Positions 9,663-18,866 of a DNA stretch of 64,000 nucleotides are shown in pieces. Made by a program: the position numbers and the translations under genes. The notes below the pieces were generated by a model. It did not search any database, was not told the DNA's origin, and was given only the letters and a program-made list of their open reading frames with translations. How positions within the stretch are numbered: the stretch's first letter is position 1; the number at the start of each line of letters is the position of its first letter. Source of the stretch: a virus; IMG/VR virus record IMGVR_UViG_3300042882_000881, positions 49,951 to 113,950 of that record. One strand, 5' to 3'.

Positions 9663-10711
9663 TTAAAGAACCCATTCTCCTCAAAAGATTCATAGCATTT
9701 ATTTGAAGCAATTTTATTGTTAATATTTTCATAGATTTTTACCAGTTTATCCTGGATAGACATATCATTAATTTTTGGATAACTATTTAGTTCATTGAAA
9801 TAGATTTTATCTCCATGAAAAACTCTATAATTTGAAGGGGTAGTTTCAATAAGGCTATCCAATGAATATGTAAGTATATTTTTAATGTTTATAATAGATA
9901 ATATATATTTACCAAGATATGATGCCGTGAATATATCTGGATTTATTATATAATCTATATTGATATAACAATCTCCTAAAATATGACACTCAATATGTTG
10001 CTCAAAATCAGAATATGGGTTGCCTGATATTATAGTTAATAAACTATCTATTACAGATGAATCTATAAATTTAAATTGATTTTTTATTTTTTCTATAAGA
10101 TTCTTTATTATATCATCTAATTCTGAGCCATTCTCATTTTTCAGATATATTGTTAAATTGGCATTAACCTTATGAAATACTAATATAAAATTAAAGATTA
10201 AACTCTCTATATTCTCAATATTAGATATATCAGTTATTGTATAAAAAATTTGTTTATCATTTTTAGTCTTTTTCTTATTATCAAATAATTTTGCTATTCT
10301 ATCCTTGGAATATGGATATCCAATAGTTTTAGTCTTGTCTTTTAAAGAATCCCCAAGAAAATCTTTATATTGATCATCAAAAACCCATATTTCATCAGCC
10401 AAGGATAACTTGTCTAATCTTGATAAATTTCTTTTTGGAAAATGTTTAATATCTGGAATAAATATATTTTTATAACCAGAGTGATATTCCATATCATCGA
10501 TTGGTACATATTGAATAATAGTATCAATATCGTCAGACTTTTCTGATGTTAAAGGACTTAGTATTTCGTCATATTGATTTAATGATAAAAAATCTGGTAA
10601 GTTTCTAATCACGCAATCATTTTTTAATAATAAACCATCACACAATCCTTTTGCCCAGAATCCATTCTCTGTGCATGATTCAAAACTTGTTATTAATAAT
10701 TTATTTTTCAT
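9659..10711 (-). CDS. Diverged GT-B glycosyltransferase-like protein
   Basis: ADEIWV, FYTI, HILGDCYIN follow a GT4 layout, but the EGF/E-x7-E motif is missing. Confidence 0.5.
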   Translation of the reverse strand: MKNKLLITSFESCTENGFWAKGLCDGLLLKNDCVIRNLPDFLSLNQYDEILSPLTSEKSDDIDTIIQYVPIDDMEYHSGYKNIFIPDIKHFPKRNLSRLDKLSLADEIWVFDDQYKDFLGDSLKDKTKTIGYPYSKDRIAKLFDNKKKTKNDKQIFYTITDISNIENIESLIFNFILVFHKVNANLTIYLKNENGSELDDIIKNLIEKIKNQFKFIDSSVIDSLLTIISGNPYSDFEQHIECHILGDCYINIDYIINPDIFTASYLGKYILSIINIKNILTYSLDSLIETTPSNYRVFHGDKIYFNELNSYPKINDMSIQDKLVKIYENINNKIASNKCYESFEENGFFK

Positions 10712-12294
10712 TTAATATAATCTTCGTTTATTTTACCAGGTGTTGTTCTAATATGTTCTATCATAGCCTTTTGACGTGCAAATCTTTCAAGATTTTCTGC
10801 CGCATGTCTTTTAGTATATTGTTCAATATTCGATCCATTTTTGGATGTTCCATGATCTAAAGAATGCAGAGTATGTTGTATCATTTGTGTCTTCATTAAT
10901 CCTGGCTCTTTAATTATATTGCAGCAAATATCATTAATGAAATCAAAATTGCTTAATGAATAATCTAATCTTATATTATCTGGCAATTCATATTTATCAG
11001 TACTGTTCCAGTCTTTTGATGTTGATAGATCTATTGAATCTATAGCATCTTCCCAAACCTTAACAATGTTATTCCAAGAATAATATTCTATAGTCTTTGT
11101 TCTTGTATTATTTTTTATAGTATTTTTATCATCATCACTAAGATTTCTATATTCATTTATTAAATCTATAGTTTTATCAATATCTGGATATGCTCTTTTT
11201 GCATGACTTTCCATTTCATATTGTAGATTAGCTAGTGGTAATGGGAAACCATCTATATTTCTTACAACCTCTGACATAGCACTATAGTCTACTGAAAATA
11301 CAGGAATTCCACAAGAAGAAGCCTCAATTTGAGGCATGCCAAATCCTTCGCAAACAGCATATTGTACATATATATCAAATGTGTTATATATCTCAGATAA
11401 TTGCTCATCAGTTATTCCGCTTGATGTGGTAGCAAACATTGAACTTGGTTTTGAACAATATTTACACACAGTATTAATACCAGAATAATGAGAACAATAA
11501 TGTTTTTTACATAATCGACACTTATATGTAAAATAAACCTTATTCATAACATTAAACTGTAATAATAATGATGGAATATTCCAACCATTTAATTCAGGAT
11601 AAGTTGTATGTAAATAAAGTATACAATTATCCAATTTGCTGATCATCTCAAATAAAGCTGGTATAAGTTTTCGTTTTTGGTTTCTCATTACAGCACCAAT
11701 AACAAAAGAGTCTTTTGGTAGTCCAAATTCTTCTTTTGATACCTTCTTTGATTTGAAAGTATCATGATCAACACCAGCCGGACTAATCTTATTAAATAAT
11801 TTTAAGTTCTTAAAATAAGATAGATAATCCTTTGCCCAATTTGTATAAGGAATGACTAAATCCGCATTACTAAATATGGTAATCCATTCGTTCCTTTGTG
11901 GTATAGAATCCACTGGTGGCATTATGATCCATTTGAAATATCTTCTAAGAGGAGAAAACGATTGATAATCAAACATCCAAGGATCACGAAAATCAATTAC
12001 TATATCTGGTTTAAAGTCCAAACAAACAGCATCAAATCTCCATTGACCAAAAGCATTATTAGGATTTGACTTATATGTTTTGTATCTTTCATCAGAAGGT
12101 ATTACTGAGTTTGGATATATTTTCCATTTGGTCTTAATTGACTTCAAATCATTTATGCTGCAAAAACATGCGAATTCTGCAAGTTCGTATTTATTAGAGC
12201 TATGTAAGCCTTCTAATAGATTTCTACTCCAATTAGCATAACCAGAGTTTAATCCGCTATATTCGCCACACAGTAGTATTCTTTTTTTTGTCAT
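10708..12294 (-). CDS. GT4-family glycosyltransferase with an inserted Zn-ribbon
   Basis: SGYA, RNQKRK, EGFGMPQIEASSCGIPV...YSAMSE; CRLC...CKYC insertion. Confidence 0.85.
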   Translation of the reverse strand: MTKKRILLCGEYSGLNSGYANWSRNLLEGLHSSNKYELAEFACFCSINDLKSIKTKWKIYPNSVIPSDERYKTYKSNPNNAFGQWRFDAVCLDFKPDIVIDFRDPWMFDYQSFSPLRRYFKWIIMPPVDSIPQRNEWITIFSNADLVIPYTNWAKDYLSYFKNLKLFNKISPAGVDHDTFKSKKVSKEEFGLPKDSFVIGAVMRNQKRKLIPALFEMISKLDNCILYLHTTYPELNGWNIPSLLLQFNVMNKVYFTYKCRLCKKHYCSHYSGINTVCKYCSKPSSMFATTSSGITDEQLSEIYNTFDIYVQYAVCEGFGMPQIEASSCGIPVFSVDYSAMSEVVRNIDGFPLPLANLQYEMESHAKRAYPDIDKTIDLINEYRNLSDDDKNTIKNNTRTKTIEYYSWNNIVKVWEDAIDSIDLSTSKDWNSTDKYELPDNIRLDYSLSNFDFINDICCNIIKEPGLMKTQMIQHTLHSLDHGTSKNGSNIEQYTKRHAAENLERFARQKAMIEHIRTTPGKINEDYIK

Positions 12295-12301
12295 AATATA
12301 A

Positions 12302-12339
12302 AAGAAGCCCCCTCACCACTAGGATGAGAGGGCCTCTTA
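12302..12339 (-). terminator. Intrinsic terminator-like hairpin after ssb
   Basis: AAGAGGCCCTCTCA-N-TGAGGGGGCTTCTT stem with G:U pairs just after the ssb stop; short U tract. Confidence 0.6.
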
Positions 12340-12351
12340 TTTGATTATAGA

Positions 12352-12726
12352 TCAGAATGCAACAGCTTCTTCTTCTGATACTGAAGTGTTCTTCCTTGGT
12401 AGCTTTGGAATCTTAGCAAAGTTATTTACTCTAATCTTTAATGTTGAGTGCTTAACTCCATCCTTTTCCCAACTATCATTTCGGATAGAACCCTCAACAA
12501 ACACAAGATCACCCTTCTTGAATGTTTGAGAAATATTCTCCGCTCCAGAATCCCATGCTTCACAAGGAATAAACGATGTAATCTTATCCTTGGTTCCATC
12601 AGCCCTTGTAAACTCCCTTGATGTTGCAACAGTAAAGTTAACAACAGAAGTAGCCTTGTCTCCTGTACCAACCTTGCGTAGTTCAGGATCTCGTGCCAAA
12701 TTACCTCTTAGTGCTACCATATTCAT
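12352..12726 (-). CDS. ssb: Single-stranded DNA-binding protein
   Basis: MN.V.L.GNL.RDPELR, F.VATSR, KGDLVFVEGSIR, acidic tail ending in F. Confidence 0.95.
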   Translation of the reverse strand: MNMVALRGNLARDPELRKVGTGDKATSVVNFTVATSREFTRADGTKDKITSFIPCEAWDSGAENISQTFKKGDLVFVEGSIRNDSWEKDGVKHSTLKIRVNNFAKIPKLPRKNTSVSEEEAVAF

Positions 12727-12776
12727 ATAAAGTTCCTTATCTTAAAAAAGTTGATTCCAATACCAAACACAAACTT

Positions 12777-12804
12777 ATTATAGGATGACCACAGGAGTAG
12801 TCAA
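12777..12804 (-). promoter_or_regulatory. Sigma70-type promoter of ssb
   Basis: TTGACT-N16-TATAAT. Confidence 0.75.
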
Positions 12805-12806
12805 GC

Positions 12807-14447
12807 CTACAACTGCCACATCTTTTTAATAATCAAGCTAGTGCCTTCCTTGTTTTTAGACCCGGCAATCAGAACAGTGTTACCGGTATCTAACAGATGA
12901 TTATATTCCAAATGTTGCTCTGGAAAACATACAACACAGTCCATTCCTCCAGTAGAATCAGATATGCTGATGAATGACATTTCTTGTCCAGGATTTTTTC
13001 CCTTTTTTGTTTTTATAACATTTATATCTTGTAGTTCACAAGCTATAACTATTTCTTTTCTGTTAGTATTTTTAAATTCTTTACATGTTGTATTAGCATT
13101 AAGAATATCACAACCATCAATTTTAGAACATGTTATAGATGTTCCTAGCAAACTATGTTCATTATCTGCTATCCATTCTGGAGTATCAATTAAACTATAT
13201 GGCGGATGTTTCAAAATATTATATATGTCTTTAACAACTATTAGTCTTTTTGCCGATGCTATACAGGATTTTTTGCCCACTTCGCAAGTGAGAATAAACT
13301 CTAATACATCTTGTAAATTTTTAAATTCTGCAAGCTTAAGATTGGATATGATCCATGATCGTTCTCTGTCTGTGAATCCAGAAACAGCATTATATATTGC
13401 CATCATATAATTTCTGTTCATCTTTAGAAAGTCTAATGATCCAGAACATATCAAAGATTTGGCTGCTGTTGAGTTTAGTTTAATTAGTACATTAAAACAT
13501 AGCTCTATGAATGTCATATTACTAATGTCATAATTATTCTCTTTAATTATTACCATTAGTTTATCATACATTGAGTCTCCAAAACCTTTGATGTTAGTTA
13601 GTCCAAAATATACGATATTCTCTTTAAGGATAAAATTTTTATTTAACAGTCTGAGGTCTGGAACTTTAATAGATATGTCCATCTCAATAGCATTATTTAC
13701 CAATTCCCTAATTTCTTTCTGAGGATCTATTTTATCTTTAGCAAACATGAGATATGATGTAAAGAATATCTTAGGAAAGTGGGCCTTCGCATATGCTGAT
13801 AAATATGCATTAAACGCATAACTAACGGCATGACTTTTATTGAATGAATATCTTTGAGATTTTTCAATCCAATTAAATAGCTCGTTAGCCTCAGGCTCAT
13901 TTACTGTTTTTAGCTTTTTTGATCCTTCCAAAAACATTTGTTTAACTTTTGCCATTTCTTCTGGCTTCTTTTTACCAATAGCTTTTCTTAACATGTCCGC
14001 TTCTTTAAGATCGAACCCTGCTATTTTTTGTGCTATTTGCATAGCCTGTTCTTGGTAGATCATCTCCCCATATGTTTTATTCAGAATTGGCTCAAGAGAA
14101 CTATGGAAATAGTCTATAGACTCAAGATGATTCTTTTTATCAATATAATGATGAGTTACACTTTTACCTTCTCTAAAAGCTTCCAAACATCCTGGCCTCA
14201 TAATACTAACCAGAGCAGCAAGTTGTTCTATGTTCTCTGGTTTGAGTTTTTTGGCCAAGGATTGGCCTAGTCTAGACTCTAGCTGAAAACATCCCTTTGT
14301 ATTACCATCTGATATAATCTGCCAAGTTTTTTTACAGTCTAGATTAATATTTTCAATATTTAAATCGAAAACTATACTAGGTCGCTCCGGACCCACTTTT
14401 GTAATATCAAAAGAGCATCCGCAGTCCTTATATGTAAATTTTTTCAT
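12807..14447 (-). CDS. dnaE: DNA polymerase III alpha, C-terminal half (fingers, HhH, OB)
   Basis: GCFQLES, RPGCL, TYGEMIYQEQ, RKAIGKK, YSFNKSHAVSY, GLTNIKGFG; C-terminal OB fold. Confidence 0.9.
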   Translation of the reverse strand: MKKFTYKDCGCSFDITKVGPERPSIVFDLNIENINLDCKKTWQIISDGNTKGCFQLESRLGQSLAKKLKPENIEQLAALVSIMRPGCLEAFREGKSVTHHYIDKKNHLESIDYFHSSLEPILNKTYGEMIYQEQAMQIAQKIAGFDLKEADMLRKAIGKKKPEEMAKVKQMFLEGSKKLKTVNEPEANELFNWIEKSQRYSFNKSHAVSYAFNAYLSAYAKAHFPKIFFTSYLMFAKDKIDPQKEIRELVNNAIEMDISIKVPDLRLLNKNFILKENIVYFGLTNIKGFGDSMYDKLMVIIKENNYDISNMTFIELCFNVLIKLNSTAAKSLICSGSLDFLKMNRNYMMAIYNAVSGFTDRERSWIISNLKLAEFKNLQDVLEFILTCEVGKKSCIASAKRLIVVKDIYNILKHPPYSLIDTPEWIADNEHSLLGTSITCSKIDGCDILNANTTCKEFKNTNRKEIVIACELQDINVIKTKKGKNPGQEMSFISISDSTGGMDCVVCFPEQHLEYNHLLDTGNTVLIAGSKNKEGTSLIIKKMWQL

Positions 14448-15133
14448 ACAAATGAATCTTTAAACTTTATCTTCTCAAATAATTTTCTGTGTAGTTTTAG
14501 AAACCTGATCAAAATCTCAGCAGTATCTTTAACGTCCTTCAGAGCGTCGTGTGACCCCGCTGTTGATATACCAAGATAACCTCTGAGGCTATCCATTGTC
14601 AAGTTCTTTATTTCTTTAGATCCTTCAAACCAATAAAAAATAAGATTCATCACATCAATTGTATCTCTAGGATAAAATATAGATGATGTTCCATCATTGG
14701 TAACATTGTCATATTTTTTAGATAGTCTTTCTGTAATCTTAAGATCAAATCTAAAGATGTTATATCCTGCCGCTACTGGAGCACTAAACATACTCTTTCT
14801 AGTTGATCTAGAATGATACTTATCTAAATAATTGATAAATGTTTCCCACGATTTATTTTGTGCAGGATATGTCTTCCATTCTGATAAAATTTGTTCTGGC
14901 GAAGATCCTTTGACTTTTGCATGCCAGTCTAATATATCAGAATCAGTATATGGATTATCAACTATATCTTCTAATTTTTCTGGTTTTAAATTAATATTAA
15001 ACTCAGAATCTTTAATAATTTCTAACCTTGTTGGATCCACCATTATTGCGGCCAATTGAACTGGGCTACAAGAATACGGATCGCTTCCGTCCGTCTCCAT
15101 ATCGAAGACGCAAATTTTCCTATTATTTAACAT
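14444..15133 (-). CDS. dnaQ: DEDDh 3'-5' exonuclease (Pol III epsilon-like)
   Basis: FDMETDG, GYNIFRFD, HDALKD. Confidence 0.85.
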   Translation of the reverse strand: MLNNRKICVFDMETDGSDPYSCSPVQLAAIMVDPTRLEIIKDSEFNINLKPEKLEDIVDNPYTDSDILDWHAKVKGSSPEQILSEWKTYPAQNKSWETFINYLDKYHSRSTRKSMFSAPVAAGYNIFRFDLKITERLSKKYDNVTNDGTSSIFYPRDTIDVMNLIFYWFEGSKEIKNLTMDSLRGYLGISTAGSHDALKDVKDTAEILIRFLKLHRKLFEKIKFKDSFV

Positions 15134-15137
15134 TTAA

Positions 15138-15323
15138 TTAGTTTTGTGCTGGTGCCTTCACAACGTCTTGTAGTGGTGTGACAACAATCTTGCTGGCTTC
15201 ATCACCAACAATCTTGGCATTACATCCAACCTTGCAGCATGAGATGCGTTCTTCTTTAACCTTAACGTGCTTAATATCATTTAGTACGAATTCATCACCA
15301 ACGGCCAATTCAAAAAATTTCAT
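15138..15323 (-). CDS. Small Cys-containing hypothetical protein
   Basis: 61 aa with an AAGGAG RBS and its own promoter. Confidence 0.6.
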   Translation of the reverse strand: MKFFELAVGDEFVLNDIKHVKVKEERISCCKVGCNAKIVGDEASKIVVTPLQDVVKAPAQN

Positions 15324-15355
15324 ATTTAACTCCTTTGAAATTTGTAGTTATACTT

Positions 15356-15383
15356 ATTTTAGATACACTATAGAAAAAGTCAA
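15356..15383 (-). promoter_or_regulatory. Sigma70-type promoter between the two dnaE halves
   Basis: TTGACT-N16-TAAAAT. Confidence 0.6.
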
Positions 15384-17218
15384 TCAACCAGAAAATCTCT
15401 TATCTGCATTATTTTGTCTAATAATGCTACACCTAATATATCAAACTTTACAATTCCCAATGACTCTAGATCACCCATCTCTAATCCGGCTATATTTTGA
15501 CCAGTTTTTGTATCATGAATCATTGGACATAATTCGTTCAAACCTAATGCCGAAATAGCCACACCAGCAGCGTGTTTAGACTGATGGCATTTTGTCCCCT
15601 CAAGTCTAATAGCCTGCTCAAAACGCTTTGCCAGAGGCCCAGCAAGCTGATTGGAGTCATCCACATAGCACCATTGTTTTAGCTTTTCTGAATTATTTTC
15701 TAATGCCCATCGAATAATTGAGGCTTCGCCGTATTCTTCTTTCATTTCTTGAAGTTCATCTGCTATTTTTGCCTCATCTGGTATATTTTCTGTTATCCTA
15801 TTTGTTTCTTCGAAAGAAATATTACCATATACCCTTAATACTTCTTTTAGGGCACCTCTACCTTTAAGAGTATTAAATGTGATCATTTGGCTTACTTTAT
15901 CAGAACCATACTTTTGCTTAATATAATCTATAACGCTTTCTCTTTTGTCAATAGGAACGTCAACATCAATATCTGGCATGGATATTCTTTCTGATGTATT
16001 TCTTCCACTATTGTAAAATCTTTCAAAGATCAAATCATATTTAATAGGATCAATAGATGTTATTCCTAATAAGTATGATATTAAACATCCAGCCGCACTA
16101 CCTCTTCCTGGTCCTGGTAGCCAATTATTGGATTTTATATAGTCTATAATATCTCTTACTATTAAGAAATACCCAGCAAGTTTAGCCTCTTTTAGAACAG
16201 TCAACTCTTGATCAAGTCTAGACGAGTATTCTTGTCCAAGTTTTAAATCAAGCAGCTTTTGTTTTGTTATTTGAGTTAGATATTCATGTTCAGAAATTCC
16301 ATTAGGACAAGAGAATGGTGGAAGTCTAGGATTACTCAATATATCATATTCTTCTATCATATTTGAGATTTTAATAGTGTTAGATAATTCTACCTCTGAA
16401 TGTAATGCTTCCATCTCTTCATTACTTAGTATATGATAATTATCTGATTTAAAAAAGATATCCATACCAAATTTCTCATTGCTGATTAACTTTTGATTGA
16501 TATCACTAAAGGTTGTTTTTAGATTATTGCACAATAAAATCCGCTGATCAACAGCATCTTCCTTCTTGCAATAATGAGCATCGCATGTTGCAACAAGATT
16601 TATATTATTCCCAATTTTTCTATAAAATTCGGTCAAAGTTTTTTGTACAGGATTTATGTCTTGATCCATGAGTTGACACTCTAAAAATACGTTCTCAGAT
16701 CCAAAGATTTTATTTAATTCATTTATTTTATTCAATAGGAGTTCAACAGCATTATCTTTTAATGTCTCACCATCAAGCATATCGTCTGCGATCACAGATC
16801 CAGGGTGACCAGTTATACAGATAAGATTTGAGCAGTCAAATTCTGCCAAGTCTTTGAGAGATAGTCTTGGCTTATAATAAAAGAATTCTGAACTATTCGA
16901 TCTAGAAACCAATTCAATAAGAGTTTTCCATCCCTTATAGTTCTTGCAAAGAACCACCATATGGGACAGTTCGGCATTTTCTTTAGTTTTAACTAATGCG
17001 TCTTCTTTACAGATATAAAGTTCTACCCCAAGAATTGGCTTTATTCCAGCCTTTTTCATTTTCTGATAAAATTGGATTGCTCCACAAATATTACCATGAT
17101 CTGTTATGGCACAGGATTTAATTCCTAATTCTTTACATCTATCTGCAATTTGATCTGGCTTAGATAATCCATCCAATAAACTATAGTGACTATGAACGTG
17201 AAGTGGTATATATGGCAT
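15380..17218 (-). CDS. dnaE: DNA polymerase III alpha, N-terminal half (PHP plus palm)
   Basis: HVHSHYSLLDG, TDHG, GPGRGSAAG, MPDIDVD, KHAAGV, KFDILG. Confidence 0.92.
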   Translation of the reverse strand: MPYIPLHVHSHYSLLDGLSKPDQIADRCKELGIKSCAITDHGNICGAIQFYQKMKKAGIKPILGVELYICKEDALVKTKENAELSHMVVLCKNYKGWKTLIELVSRSNSSEFFYYKPRLSLKDLAEFDCSNLICITGHPGSVIADDMLDGETLKDNAVELLLNKINELNKIFGSENVFLECQLMDQDINPVQKTLTEFYRKIGNNINLVATCDAHYCKKEDAVDQRILLCNNLKTTFSDINQKLISNEKFGMDIFFKSDNYHILSNEEMEALHSEVELSNTIKISNMIEEYDILSNPRLPPFSCPNGISEHEYLTQITKQKLLDLKLGQEYSSRLDQELTVLKEAKLAGYFLIVRDIIDYIKSNNWLPGPGRGSAAGCLISYLLGITSIDPIKYDLIFERFYNSGRNTSERISMPDIDVDVPIDKRESVIDYIKQKYGSDKVSQMITFNTLKGRGALKEVLRVYGNISFEETNRITENIPDEAKIADELQEMKEEYGEASIIRWALENNSEKLKQWCYVDDSNQLAGPLAKRFEQAIRLEGTKCHQSKHAAGVAISALGLNELCPMIHDTKTGQNIAGLEMGDLESLGIVKFDILGVALLDKIMQIRDFLVD

Positions 17219-18264
17219 TACTCTACTGATCCTGGGTCTTTGTACTTACTAACATTATGGCCAAGATGAGTGTAGTTGTCAATTACAAAATCTAGACCAT
17301 GCAAATCAGTGTCATGTTTAATCTGCTCACACTTGCACATAGCGTATCCAGGATTTGTTTTCATCCTGTCTCTGTATTCTACTATTGGATCGATATTAGT
17401 ATCCTCAAATGTTGTTTTTCCAAAATGACACAGCTTATTACATTTCCAAGTTTTATTTAATCTTGGTCTTTGTGTATTTTTAATAGTTTCAAATTTTTGT
17501 CTTAACATATTCTCAGTTTCTGGAATATCGCTTTTATCAAAACAAACAGAAAACGCTCCACCGTCGTTGATAAAGTTAATTGATACTATTATGTGTTGTA
17601 TTTCTGGAAATAAAATACTCACAGCATAATGATACATTCTTAATTGTGGATCTTTTTGCAGTTTGGCTAATGTTTTTTCTTCACCTGTTGCCCAATCTAA
17701 TCTTCTTCCTGTTTTCCAATCTATTATCTCTAAAGTATCATCTTGTATTTTAGTTATAAGATCAATAGTTCCTTTGATTCCAAGATTTCCAGAGATTTTA
17801 CCTTCATTTGTATCAAACTCATATTTAGCCCATGGTTTATTAATAACGATGTCAAATTTTTGTTCTGGTTGAACTATATTTCTTAGTCGTGGGTCAAACA
17901 TTCTATTATTATAGACAAGAGCTTGATTAATCCACTTTATACAATCCTTCTTATCTTTCTCTTCCCATTCATGATGAGTAAATTGTGAAGTGTAATAAGA
18001 GTAAACCTTATTTATTAATGAATGTATGAATGTTGCATCAAACATACTATTTTCTTCTAGATCTATTTGTCCAACAATATCATCTATTATAAAAGATTCT
18101 TTTTTCTGTTCCCCATGTTTCATGATAGCTAATATTTCTAGTACTTTATGTACTATCGTTCCTTTATCAGCTTTTTTATTCGACGGAGATCTATGTCCAA
18201 GAACATACTCTATAAAGTATTGTTGCTCGCACATTGAATGAGTATTAAATGAACTACTTCTCAA
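17218..18264 (-). CDS. PD-(D/E)XK exonuclease, Cas4/AddB-like
   Basis: GTIVH..LE, GTIDL, IIDWKTG, QLRMY; one N-terminal Cys plus a C-terminal Cys cluster. Confidence 0.8.
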   Translation of the reverse strand: MRSSSFNTHSMCEQQYFIEYVLGHRSPSNKKADKGTIVHKVLEILAIMKHGEQKKESFIIDDIVGQIDLEENSMFDATFIHSLINKVYSYYTSQFTHHEWEEKDKKDCIKWINQALVYNNRMFDPRLRNIVQPEQKFDIVINKPWAKYEFDTNEGKISGNLGIKGTIDLITKIQDDTLEIIDWKTGRRLDWATGEEKTLAKLQKDPQLRMYHYAVSILFPEIQHIIVSINFINDGGAFSVCFDKSDIPETENMLRQKFETIKNTQRPRLNKTWKCNKLCHFGKTTFEDTNIDPIVEYRDRMKTNPGYAMCKCEQIKHDTDLHGLDFVIDNYTHLGHNVSKYKDPGSVE

Positions 18265-18272
18265 GTATGTTA

Positions 18273-18866
18273 TTATAATGGTAATATTCCTTTATTTACT
18301 AAATAATTATATAAGAATTTATTCTGTTCATCAATAGTCATTAAGCTATTTTGAATAACAAGATCAAAATTTTCCATAGGATAATTCGCTATATCTAGCG
18401 CTGTTTCGCTTTCATGATCCGAATTATATGGATTTCTAGTCAACTTTATAACAGCCCCACCAGCATCTTGTATGGCTTTAACTTCATTTGGAAATCTACA
18501 GTCTGCTATTATGGAAAGAGGCTTTTTTTCAGAAGTTATTTTATTTATTGTAGCATCTACCCACACACTATTTTTTAACTTTCTAAAAAAGTCTGTTCCA
18601 ACAAATTGCATAACTTCTCGTGCAGTAAGATTTTTACCTTCCCAAAAACAATCTGTCATAGTATTTTTATACTCATCAGATCCATAGCATTGGTCATGCG
18701 TGAGTCCTAGTATGTTTATACAAATATCTTTTTTAAGAGCATCTGCAAAATTATATACCTGTGCCTTTTGTCCACACATCTTAGATATGTATTGTTCTGC
18801 AACAAAGTTTGCACATGTTGTTTTTCCAGACTGTTTTCTTCCAGCAAATGCTATAATTTTTATCAT
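18273..18866 (-). CDS. Deoxynucleoside monophosphate kinase
   Basis: GRKQSGKTT, FADALK, REVMQFVGTD, DCRFPNE, HESE. Confidence 0.85.
   Translation of the reverse strand: MIKIIAFAGRKQSGKTTCANFVAEQYISKMCGQKAQVYNFADALKKDICINILGLTHDQCYGSDEYKNTMTDCFWEGKNLTAREVMQFVGTDFFRKLKNSVWVDATINKITSEKKPLSIIADCRFPNEVKAIQDAGGAVIKLTRNPYNSDHESETALDIANYPMENFDLVIQNSLMTIDEQNKFLYNYLVNKGILPL

Noticed and set aside
14300-15500. Split intein or intron at the dnaE break
   Set aside because: No intein N-terminal (C/S) or C-terminal (HN-C/S/T) blocks; the intervening DNA is ordinary genes with their own promoter and RBS.
17218-18264. CRISPR-Cas locus suggested by the Cas4-like gene
   Set aside because: No repeat-spacer array or other cas genes; stand-alone Cas4-like nucleases are common in phage replication modules.
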